Below, one piece after another: positions 1 to 8,433 of a DNA stretch of 46,942 nt; the stretch's first letter is position 1; each line of letters begins with the position of its first letter. The notes below the pieces were generated by a model. The model did no database searches. It had not been told where the DNA came from and saw only the letters and a program-made list of their open reading frames with translations. Source of the DNA: Acidobacteriota bacterium. Its GTDB lineage: Bacteria; Acidobacteriota; Blastocatellia; Chloracidobacteriales; JADJPF01. A program made the position numbers and the translations under genes. The stretch is taken from positions 1 to 46,942 of the forward strand of contig JACQZQ010000002.1 of the NCBI GenBank assembly GCA_016213785.1, read 5' to 3'.

Positions 1-1247
1 ACAAAATTACTAATAATAAGCCTAAGTCTGCGGGTACTAATCTTTATCAAGAGTTAGATTTAGCTATTGATGAGTACTTAGAGCATCAAGATATTTCCTA
101 CATCAACAAAGCTAGAGAGATTGCTACTGATATTGACACCAAATATGGTGATAAGTATGGCGTGGATTTGGTGAGTTATTATCAAACTATTTCTAATTCT
201 CAAAAAAAGAATCTCCTGATCTATAGGAAAAAATTTGTAGAATTAAGCAATCAACCCAGTGGAGATAACTATGAGCATAGATTAAAAGAATCTGAAAAAC
301 TTAAAAGTAACTTTTTTTCCTTAGGAAATACTTTAGAAACTTATAAAATAAACACACTAATAGCAAAATTACATGTCAAACTACTTAAATATAAAATAGC
401 TGAAATTGTTATTAATGATGGTTTAAATTTTGCTGATAAACATAATTACTTGTTCTTAAAAGGGCATTTCTTACTTTGGCAAGCAAAAAATCTGAGTGAG
501 CTTTCAGATTTTTCCTTAGCAGAGAGCGTTTTTAAAGAGACTATCAAAATAGGAGAAGTCTTAAAAATAGAAGAACTTTTGATTAGCCCTGGAATGACAT
601 TAGCAGCAATATATCTGAAAAATGACGATAATAAAAAGGCATTAAAAACAGTGGAACAGGTTTTGAACAACTACTCCCTATCTAACATAGAACATACTAT
701 CTCTTTATTACAAATAGGAGGCGTTTCGGCCTTTAACTTAAAACTCTACAATTTATCTGAAGGTTACTTTCATGATGCAATAACACTATCAAAAAAACAC
801 TCTAACTCTTATGCCTTAATAATGTCTTATACCTTTTATGGTGTTACTTTAGCTCAAGCACAACGGTTTGAAAAAGCTGAAGAAGCCTTTGAAAAAGCTA
901 AAGAAGAGACAAAGAAAATACAAGAAGAAGCGAGCAGATTAAATGTATCTTCTATAACCTTAGGCTATCAAGCAAAAGCAAAACTATTAGCAGGCCAATT
1001 TACTAAAGCAATAGAACTCTATAAAGAGACTTTGGCTATTATTGATAAGTTAGAAATCACTAACACTTTAGAAGCCGGTCAAATACAAGAAGGTTTAGCG
1101 ATAGCACTAGAAAAGATTGGTAGAGAAGATGAAGCAAAACAACACATTACTATCGCTAAACACTATCAAGAATTGGCTGCAAGTAAAGAGGAAAGAGCAA
1201 ATTGCTTACTTTCATTTATGCCTAATATTTGTAACACTACTAGATAA
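1..1247 (+). CDS. TPR-repeat protein, 5'-partial (ORF is open to the window start)
   Basis: The frame beginning at nt 3 has no stop before the listed GTG at 162, so the gene most likely continues upstream of the window. The translation is helical and TPR-like (repeated A/Y/L-rich 34-residue-type pattern, e.g. 'AEEAFEKAKEE...LAGQFTKAIELYKETLAI'). Confidence 0.5.
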   Translation, partial: KITNNKPKSAGTNLYQELDLAIDEYLEHQDISYINKAREIATDIDTKYGDKYGVDLVSYYQTISNSQKKNLLIYRKKFVELSNQPSGDNYEHRLKESEKLKSNFFSLGNTLETYKINTLIAKLHVKLLKYKIAEIVINDGLNFADKHNYLFLKGHFLLWQAKNLSELSDFSLAESVFKETIKIGEVLKIEELLISPGMTLAAIYLKNDDNKKALKTVEQVLNNYSLSNIEHTISLLQIGGVSAFNLKLYNLSEGYFHDAITLSKKHSNSYALIMSYTFYGVTLAQAQRFEKAEEAFEKAKEETKKIQEEASRLNVSSITLGYQAKAKLLAGQFTKAIELYKETLAIIDKLEITNTLEAGQIQEGLAIALEKIGREDEAKQHITIAKHYQELAASKEERANCLLSFMPNICNTTR

Positions 1248-1254
1248 TTTGGGT

Positions 1255-2064
1255 CTACTTAATCTCAGATTTGCCAAAAACTAGTGCACCACACATATAA
1301 GGTCTGGGGCTGAAAGCCACCTTTTTACTGACTAAAGGCATAAATTGAGTAGTGTTAGTCTTAATAGCATCATAGTAAAAAGCAAAATGATCAATATTTG
1401 CCATTTCCTTAGGTGGTAAATTGGTAATATTAACTTGATAAGTAGAACCTAGTTGATAAGGTAAGGTGATTACTTGATTTAGACCATTAATTACTAACTT
1501 GTTTCCTTCTTGTAATTGAACTTTTGCAGAAGGTTCTCCTATTTGACGATTAAATGAATGGATTTTGCTTCCTGCTACAAATTGATATTTTTCTTCTGTA
1601 AGTCCATTTGCTAAAAACTCTCCTACTTGAAAATTAATCTTGTAGTAGAGCTTATCTTCCTTCAAATAAAGTTGTTTTTGAAAAAGGTCATTTTCAATAT
1701 CTAAGCACCAACGAAAATCACTAGTATCTTTATTCATATCAGGAGAATAATAACGTGTTGGCTTATGTGGATTGTTAGGCATTGAGATGTTTAATACTTT
1801 TTTATAAAGATCTTTTCCTTCAGCAGTAAAAATAACTTTTTCCTTACCTTTTAGAATCTCTTTTATCTCAAGTTTAGGAGTATGGTGATGAACATCTAAA
1901 ATACCATCTGTTACTTTATCGGGATTACCAAATGCTATTGCTTGCAAACCATCAAACATAAACTTTATTTCACACTTATTTGCTGCATTTACATCAACAT
2001 TATTTACCATCATTGTTGCTATACATATACACACAAATATCACTAAAATAGATACTTTTTTCAT
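1255..2064 (-). CDS. secreted hypothetical protein (N-terminal signal peptide)
   Basis: 269 aa ORF. The N-terminus 'MKKVSILVIFVCICIATMMVNNVDVNA' is a typical Sec signal peptide. An AGGAGA Shine-Dalgarno lies upstream of the ATG (reverse complement of 2066-2078). No recognisable catalytic motif. Confidence 0.5.
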   Translation of the reverse strand: MKKVSILVIFVCICIATMMVNNVDVNAANKCEIKFMFDGLQAIAFGNPDKVTDGILDVHHHTPKLEIKEILKGKEKVIFTAEGKDLYKKVLNISMPNNPHKPTRYYSPDMNKDTSDFRWCLDIENDLFQKQLYLKEDKLYYKINFQVGEFLANGLTEEKYQFVAGSKIHSFNRQIGEPSAKVQLQEGNKLVINGLNQVITLPYQLGSTYQVNITNLPPKEMANIDHFAFYYDAIKTNTTQFMPLVSKKVAFSPRPYMCGALVFGKSEIK

Positions 2065-2843
2065 ATTTTCTCTCCTTTAAGAAAGGGCTATTACCCAATT
2101 ATTTCTAGACTTATTTTGATTAATTAATTATTAACCATTGTGTTTAATTTAACATAAAACCATATAAGTTTTTCACGTAATTTATTTACTTATGTATTTT
2201 CAATAGCTTACGAGATTTATTTTTTTGATCTATTTCAGATCAATTAATAAAATAGTTAATTTATACTTTTTTATAGTACTTATCTTGTGCAACTACACTT
2301 AATATCCCTTGCTAGATCAGTAGAAATTAGGATCAACTAATTAGAACAATTAAAAGTTTCGGGATTTTTTAGCAAAAATTTTCTGTTTTCTGTGACAAAT
2401 CAACTTTTTGCAAACGGCTACATTTAGAAAGGGATAAGTTTAAGTAAGTCATGTTGCAGTAAAGTTGCAGTCTTTTATTAAAAGGATATACAAAACTAGT
2501 GCCAACTTTTTTATTACATAACCTACTTCCCCTATTAAAACCCTAAAACCCTGTCACAAATCAACTTAATTGCTAGGCTTGCTCTAATACTTTTCAAATG
2601 GATCTGTTGTGTTGGAAGAAAGCTTGGAATATATATAGATTGTTTTATTAGTAGGTTTGCTGCTTAGGGTATTGCCAATTTATTTCTAACATACCCCATT
2701 TTTTAGTGTTACTAAAGCTTAATATTTGAGAACTTATTGCAAAGAAATAACTCTTAAAAAAGCAGGAAAATTTAACCATAGAGGAAATAAGGAACACCTT
2801 TTTAGAACAACTTGGAAAGTAACAAACTAAGTATTGATTCAAG

Positions 2844-2870
2844 ATAAATAATCATAAATAATCATAAATA
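2844..2870. repeat. 10-nt tandem repeat (ataaataatc) x ~2.7 in intergenic region
   Basis: Direct reading of 2844-2870. Confidence 0.85.
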
Positions 2871-2998
2871 GCAATGAATACAATAAGATAAACCTACAAG
2901 AGTTAACTAATCTTTAAGCTTACACAAATATAGGCATAGTGATTGCTAAAATAAAATTTTAACCAACCAAAACAAGCTTTAATCATAAGGAGAAAGAT

Positions 2999-3328
2999 AT
3001 GGGCTATGCAAAAGAAAGTACTTATTTTAGAGTTAATAACAACTTATTTATAGATGCTAGTTTGCAGGAATTAACTCAAAGCTATCTAAATAATGAACAA
3101 ATAGCCCTAAACAATCTTAAAAAAGCATTGGAAAACAAAGATTTTAATACTCTCTTTACCATAGGGGATCAACTTTATGGACATGGCTATAGCTTTGGTT
3201 TTCCTGTTATTAGTGAGTTGGGCAAAAATATTGAACTTGCTGCTACAGCTAGAGACTTTTCTCACCTTAATGAGTTAATTGGTTCTCTTAGTTTTTACTT
3301 AGATAATATTAACATTGTTTACCTTTAA
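2999..3328 (+). CDS. hypothetical protein (weak resemblance to a helical HPt-like fold)
   Basis: 109 aa ORF with a strong RBS (AAGGAGAAAGATATG). The segment '...LFTIGDQLYGHGYSFGF...' is only loosely HPt-like, so the function call is not supported. Confidence 0.4.
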   Translation: MGYAKESTYFRVNNNLFIDASLQELTQSYLNNEQIALNNLKKALENKDFNTLFTIGDQLYGHGYSFGFPVISELGKNIELAATARDFSHLNELIGSLSFYLDNINIVYL

Positions 3329-3368
3329 GCTATGACCAAATCTTTTTATAAAACTTAAGCCTTAGTGC

Positions 3369-3638
3369 TTAAGTTTTTATTAAAGAATTAGAGTTTCTTT
3401 CTTTTTTAATTTTTTTATAAGATTCTTTTACCTCAACTATTGCCTTAAATGTATTAAATAGCCCAAAAATGATAATGCCATGATGGCCTTTTAGGCTAAG
3501 ATATTTTAAGTCATTATCAAGAGATTCATACGCTTCACTTAATCCTGCTAGAAACAATATAATAGATACTACTAGCTCTAAATGAATTTTTCCTAATATA
3601 TTTTTTGGACTATCTAATTGTTTTTCTTCGCTACTCAT
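3369..3638 (-). CDS. small hypothetical membrane protein
   Basis: 89 aa ORF with two hydrophobic stretches (LELVVSIILFLAGL; HGIIIFGLFNTF) and an AGGAAAG RBS-like element upstream. Confidence 0.35.
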   Translation of the reverse strand: MSSEEKQLDSPKNILGKIHLELVVSIILFLAGLSEAYESLDNDLKYLSLKGHHGIIIFGLFNTFKAIVEVKESYKKIKKERNSNSLIKT

Positions 3639-3728
3639 TATATTTTCTTTCCTATTATCTTAGAACCAATATAGTTTGGTCAGAGAGTCAAATCTAAAGT
3701 AAGCTTACTTGCAAGTTTTTGCTATTAA

Positions 3729-4124
3729 CTAACCTAGTTTTGTAGGATATCTCGCATCATCGGGAAAACTACCTTTGTTAGGAAGAGTTGCTATCCTTTT
3801 AGCATCGGATTCTGGAGTAGGGGTAGTCCAGGCTTCCCAACCTGGGATAAAACTATTACCTGGTGCTACATATTTTCCATTCTTCATATGTGCATGACCT
3901 ACAACACATAAACGCCATTTCTGGCTATCTATATCAGTATATTCTACGAATGTATATGCCCATTTAGTTTTTTCTGTAGGTTGTGTTACATATTCTGGGT
4001 CTGAGAAATTAGCATTGCCTACCACTACTGCTGCTGTGCTGTCGTTAAATCCAGCAGGCCCTTCTATAGGGTCTCGCCTAATTGTCTTACCTGTCTCATC
4101 TTTAATTGGTTTAGACCATCCCAT
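3729..4124 (-). CDS. hypothetical protein (start revised to the internal ATG)
   Basis: The track ORF runs to 4193. The internal Met 'MGWSKPIKDE...' at 4124 is preceded by GAGGAGAAAAAA, a strong RBS, whereas the upstream 23 codons have no RBS. No family recognised. Confidence 0.45.
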   Translation of the reverse strand: MGWSKPIKDETGKTIRRDPIEGPAGFNDSTAAVVVGNANFSDPEYVTQPTEKTKWAYTFVEYTDIDSQKWRLCVVGHAHMKNGKYVAPGNSFIPGWEAWTTPTPESDAKRIATLPNKGSFPDDARYPTKLG

Positions 4125-4454
4125 TTTTTTCTCCTCACAAACTATAGTACTGATAATCATTCTTATATTACGTAAAGCGAGATTTAGAGTCACAAGACGA
4201 CAGTTTTATAAGTGATTTTATTACATCTCAACACAAATCTTTTACGTATTTTATATGTAGTGTTAAGTTTTCAGTCTTAAAAATCTATCCATTATTCGTT
4301 TTTCGTTGAATTCATTCAATCCATTCATCTTTTCTAAAGAGTTTTATTTTTAAGTCTTAAAAACTAAAAGGTATAAATTATTGCAGTGTGATTTTTTCAC
4401 CTCTATTATTAATCTATATTTGGAAATTTATATTAAGGAACTGATAGTTTACTT

Positions 4455-5483
4455 ATGAAAATAGGTATTTTAGGGGCTGGTAGTATAGGGTGTTATTTAG
4501 GAGCACATTTTATTTATAAAGGGATAAATACTGTTCTTGTTGGACGTGAAAAAATAGTCCAAGAAATATCTGACAATGGACTAAGGATTACAGATTTTAG
4601 AGGGAAAGATTTCCATCTTTCATCAAAACAAGTTAATTGTACTACTAGCATAGGATCTCTTGCGGATAGAGATATAATTTTAATTACGCTAAAAAGTGCA
4701 TCCAGTGAAACTACTGCTAAGGAACTTAAAGGGTTTTTAACTGATAAGACAACTGTGATTAGCTTTCAAAATGGGGTTAGAAATGCAAGTATTTTGCGTT
4801 CTGTCTTAACACAAGCAGAAGTATTAGCTGGGATGGTTCCTTTCAATGTTCTGTGGAATGAAGGAGCACATTTTCATTGTGGAACCAGTGGCAAGCTTGT
4901 TGTTGAAAAACATGCTAGTTCTTCTACATCTACAGAAAAAGCAGTTTCCTTACTTAATAATGTAGGTTTAGAGACTAAAGCAAGTACAAATGTGGAAGGG
5001 ATACTTTGGGGTAAATTAATTTTTAATTTAAACAACGCTATCAATGCTTTAGCAGGAATTCCTTTAAAAGAAGAGTTTTCTAATATTGGATACCGCAAAA
5101 TTGTTGCAGCAACTATGAATGAAGCTCTTTTTATTCTGAAAAAAAGTGGTGTTAAAGCAAAAGCAACAGGTGGTATGATCCCAACAATAGCGCCTCTTGT
5201 TCTATCATTACCAGATTTTTTGTTTTTTAAAATTGCTGCTGGAATGATAAAGATTGATCCTCAAGCACGTTCTTCTATGTGGCAAGACCTAAAACAAGGG
5301 CGTAAAACAGAGATAGATTATATAAATGGAGAAATTGTTAATCTAGCTAAGAAAAATAATTTGATGGCTCCAATTAATACAGCAATTATTGCACTGATTA
5401 AAGAAATAGAAGAGTCTAAACATATACCTCATTTTTCTGCATCAGAACTTAGAAAACGTTTTGGATTAGAGGTTATAACCTAG
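4455..5483 (+). CDS. 2-dehydropantoate 2-reductase (ketopantoate reductase, ApbA/PanE family)
   Basis: N-terminal Rossmann motif 'MKIGILGAGSIGCYLGAHF', 342 aa length and a KPR-like C-terminal domain. Confidence 0.75.
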   Translation: MKIGILGAGSIGCYLGAHFIYKGINTVLVGREKIVQEISDNGLRITDFRGKDFHLSSKQVNCTTSIGSLADRDIILITLKSASSETTAKELKGFLTDKTTVISFQNGVRNASILRSVLTQAEVLAGMVPFNVLWNEGAHFHCGTSGKLVVEKHASSSTSTEKAVSLLNNVGLETKASTNVEGILWGKLIFNLNNAINALAGIPLKEEFSNIGYRKIVAATMNEALFILKKSGVKAKATGGMIPTIAPLVLSLPDFLFFKIAAGMIKIDPQARSSMWQDLKQGRKTEIDYINGEIVNLAKKNNLMAPINTAIIALIKEIEESKHIPHFSASELRKRFGLEVIT

Positions 5484-5646
5484 AAATTTTTACTGGATTT
5501 CCTTAGTTTTTAACATTATATTTTTTGTGCTCCCCTAGTTTTAAGTAGTTAATGAGTTTTGTTGCTTGACTAAACGTACTGATGCTAGAGAAAATAAGGC
5601 TCTAATAAAAGTAACAATACTATTTTAACTAGTTTGGAGATTTTTT

Positions 5647-6021
5647 ATGGAGTTTCATCCGGTTTGTAAATTTAGCGATATTGGTCTAGGTGAAGCTAAA
5701 GCTGCTGTGGTTGCAGGTCATTCAGTAGCAATATTTAATGTTAGAGGAAAGCTTTATGCTATTGAAAATATTTGTCCTCATATGGCTGCCCCGCTTGATG
5801 ATGGCTCTTTAGATGGAACTAAAGTTACTTGTCGCTTGCATTTTTGGGAAATAGATGTAACCAGTGGAAAATGTGTAGAACCTGATAATGGCCGTTGTGT
5901 AGCTACTTTTCCAGTTAAAGTTGAACGTGGGACTATAAAAGTGGGAATTGAGGAAATAAAAGCTGATGTTTCTGATGTTTCTGATGTTTCTGATGAAAAC
6001 TTTGATAAATTTTTACCTTAA
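5647..6021 (+). CDS. Rieske [2Fe-2S] ferredoxin-like protein (NirD / dioxygenase-ferredoxin type)
   Basis: Rieske ligand boxes 'CPHM' (CxH) and 'CRLHFW' (CxxH) with correct spacing, in a 124 aa protein. The C-terminus carries a (DVS)3 acidic repeat. Confidence 0.75.
   Translation: MEFHPVCKFSDIGLGEAKAAVVAGHSVAIFNVRGKLYAIENICPHMAAPLDDGSLDGTKVTCRLHFWEIDVTSGKCVEPDNGRCVATFPVKVERGTIKVGIEEIKADVSDVSDVSDENFDKFLP
5965..5994 (+). repeat. in-frame 9-nt tandem repeat (gatgtttct)x3 encoding (DVS)3
   Basis: Direct reading of 5965-5994 within the 3' end of the Rieske-ferredoxin gene. Confidence 0.9.
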
Positions 6022-6055
6022 GATGTTTCTCCTAAGGTAAAAATTGTGAATAAGT

Positions 6056-7123
6056 TTAGTTAATTATTCTGATTAGTTTTCCATCATATTCTTGAACTTC
6101 TCCTATTATATTTGCTTCAATAGCATGGGATTTAATTTTATCTAATAGAATGGCTGCTTTTTCTTTAGCTACACTAATAAGCAAACCTCCAGCAGTTTGA
6201 GGATCAAATAAAACTGATTGCATAAGAGCAGATATATCAGAAGAAAACTCTACTGTATCCCCTACGTAAGTACGATTATAACGATCTCCTTTAGTCTTTA
6301 TATTTTCAGCAAGTAATTCAAAGACTTGTGGCATTATAGATATGTTGCTTGCATTAAGTTTTAAGGTTACTTTACTTCCTTTAGCCATTTCATAAGCATG
6401 TCCTAACAATCCAAAGCCTGTAATATCAGTTGCAGAATTTACCCCTACTTCTTGCATTGCTTGAGACGCTAAACGATTAGGTTCTGTCATTGCACTAACT
6501 GCTTTTTGCATTGCTTCTTCAGATGCTTTTCCAAACTTAATAGCAGAGCTAATAATTCCTGTCCCCAAAGACTTAGTTAAAATTAATCTGTCTCCTGCTT
6601 TAGCTCCAGAGTTAGTAACAACTTTTTGTGGATGGATTAGCCCTGTTATTGCATAGCCAAACTTAAGTTCTCTATCTTCAACTGTATGGCCTCCAACAAG
6701 AGTTACTCCTACACTAGCAAGCATTTCTGCTCCACCTCTTACCACTTCACCAAAAACGTCTAATTCAGCATCCCCTAAAGGAAGCCCAACAATAGCAAGT
6801 GCTGTTAAAGGTTCGCCTCCCATTGCCCAAACATCGCTTAAAGAATTTACTGCGGCGATTTTGCCAAAAAGATAAGGATCATCCACAACAGGAGTAAAAA
6901 AGTCTACTGTCTGGACTAAGGCTATCTCGTCAGTAAGTTTATAAACCCCTGCATCATCAGAAGTGTTAAAACCTACTAGTAAGTTAGGGTTTGGTACAAA
7001 TTTTGGTAAATGGCTCAGAACTTGAGCTAAATCGCTTGGAGCGACTTTAGATGCTCAACCACCACATTTAGCCATTTCTGTTAATCTTAAGTTTTTTTCT
7101 TTAGAGCTTAATTCTTTAGACAT
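6056..7123 (-). CDS. selD: selenide, water dikinase (selenophosphate synthetase SelD), Sec-containing via in-frame TGA at 7055..7057
   Basis: The track ORF (6056..6886) covers only the AIR-synthase-like body ('DDPYLFGKIAAVNSLSDVWAMGG...'). Extending upstream on the minus strand through one TGA gives ATG at 7123 (GGAG RBS) and the N-terminus 'MSKELSSKEKNLRLTEMAKCGG-U-ASKVAPSDLAQVLSHLP...'. This is the canonical SelD N-terminus in which TGA occupies the catalytic Cys/Sec position. A hairpin follows the TGA. Confidence 0.88.
7027..7050 (-). promoter_or_regulatory. candidate bacterial SECIS-like hairpin, starting 4 nt after the selD TGA
   Basis: mRNA 5'-CUAAAGUCGC UCCAA GCGAUUUAG-3' forms a 9-bp stem with a 1-nt bulge and a 5-nt loop, directly 3' of the in-frame UGA. 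The loop lacks the GGUC-type apical motif of E. coli fdhF, so this is a positional and structural call only. Confidence 0.4.
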
Positions 7124-7159
7124 ATATTTCTCCAATTATAAATATCAATTTTTAGCAAT

Positions 7160-8128
7160 CTAGCACTCTGATAACTGTTGCAGCAAATCATACCAGCATT
7201 TTTCTTCTCTAACAGGGTCAATTAAATATGCTGCTTTCGCACAACTATTTTTTAATTCTTGATAAAAATTAGCATCCATTTCAGCTTTTAAGAATAGATT
7301 TTTAAGAGTCTCTGTATCTGCAACAGAAAAATAACCTGGATAATCTTCTCCTAATGTTGCAACTAGGCTAGGTATATTAGTAGTTATTACAGGGGTTTTG
7401 CTAGCAAGCGCTTCACATAAAACATTTGACCCACCTTCTAAGCGGGATGTAATAGATATTAAATTTGCCTCAGCTATTGCTTGCAAGGTTTTCTCATAAG
7501 AAAATCCTCCTAAATAATGGTAACGGGAGTTTTCTTTTTGAGCTAAATTTATTCTTTCTCTATATTCTGGATTAAGTGGTATTCCTATATGAAAAACCTG
7601 AATTTTTGATTCCGTTGGTAACAGTTTACTTGCTAAAGCAGTACGTAGAGGGTCTTTTTCTGGTCGAAAGTTTGCCACTACTAGAATATTGAAATTATCT
7701 TTAGAAAATACTTCTAACACTTCTCTAGAATTAAAACTAGTAGTTACTGACTGATAAATAACCCTAGTTTTATTTCTTAGATGTGGGGCTAACTCTTCTA
7801 ATGCTTGTTTTTGTAAGACAACTAAGCGAGTAGCGTAATGTAGGGATTGGCAAGCCTCTTCGCTAAATTTAATATGCTGATAAATATCTGTACCAGTTAG
7901 CATAACTACTAGAGGGCGATTAGGATAAAGCTCATAAAAATGCTTAATAGAATTAAAACTACGTAAAGCATGAAGAGCAATCATTAAATCTATGTCTTCG
8001 CCATTATATTCTTTGCTAGTAGATATTTGGTGTCCAAGTTTAGTAATAATTTGCTCAAGACGTAGGGCAGTAATATGATTACCATTAATTAAATCTGCGC
8101 TTGATGGGGTAATAAGTTTAATTTTCAT
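7160..8128 (-). CDS. GT-B fold glycosyltransferase (family-1-like); candidate selenosugar synthase SenB-like by context
   Basis: 322 aa protein with the two-Rossmann-domain layout and C-terminal 'E...GG' type nucleotide-sugar region typical of GT-B glycosyltransferases. It is co-directional with selD and separated by 36 nt. Confidence 0.65.
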   Translation of the reverse strand: MKIKLITPSSADLINGNHITALRLEQIITKLGHQISTSKEYNGEDIDLMIALHALRSFNSIKHFYELYPNRPLVVMLTGTDIYQHIKFSEEACQSLHYATRLVVLQKQALEELAPHLRNKTRVIYQSVTTSFNSREVLEVFSKDNFNILVVANFRPEKDPLRTALASKLLPTESKIQVFHIGIPLNPEYRERINLAQKENSRYHYLGGFSYEKTLQAIAEANLISITSRLEGGSNVLCEALASKTPVITTNIPSLVATLGEDYPGYFSVADTETLKNLFLKAEMDANFYQELKNSCAKAAYLIDPVREEKCWYDLLQQLSEC

Positions 8129-8433
8129 TTATTTATAACCTGTTAAAAAGAGTATCAAAAATCTAGTAGGTTTGTTAATAAGAAATGGCTTAAATTGCTC
8201 TATTGTGCATTCTATAGCTAATTTTTTCTCAACCCAACTGTGTAAAATTCCACTACAAATAGCCCTTAAAATCTATGTCTAGCATTTTCTAGTAATTAGA
8301 AGGGTTTTTCTTATGGCATATAGTTTGCCTAAATCCAAAAACAAGCTTTACATAACTTTTTAGTTCTGCCCATAGCATTAAAGACAGAAGAATTTTTTAT
8401 AGAAATTATCTTTGGTCAGATGAGGGTGTGAAG

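Noticed and set aside
446-670. 74-aa minus-strand ORF
   Set aside because: Antisense inside the TPR gene, with no RBS and biased low-complexity translation.
2390-2412. Possible sigma54 or CRP site in 'tgtgacaaatcaactttttgca'
   Set aside because: The spacing fits neither TGGCAC-N5-TTGCA nor the palindromic TGTGA-N6-TCACA. It is reported only as an unexplained repeated motif.
2648-2842. 64-aa minus-strand ORF in the large intergenic island
   Set aside because: No RBS; Phe/Ser/Lys-rich low-complexity translation typical of AT-rich noise. Kept only as part of the intergenic-island finding.
4015-4215. 66-aa plus-strand ORF
   Set aside because: It overlaps the 5' end of the minus-strand gene 3729..4124 and has no RBS.
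4874-5098. 74-aa minus-strand ORF
   Set aside because: Antisense inside the ketopantoate-reductase gene.
8186-8200. Possible sigma54 -24/-12 element 'tggcttaaattgc' upstream of the respiratory operon
   Set aside because: The GG-to-GC spacing is 8 nt instead of the required 10, so it is not a credible RpoN promoter.
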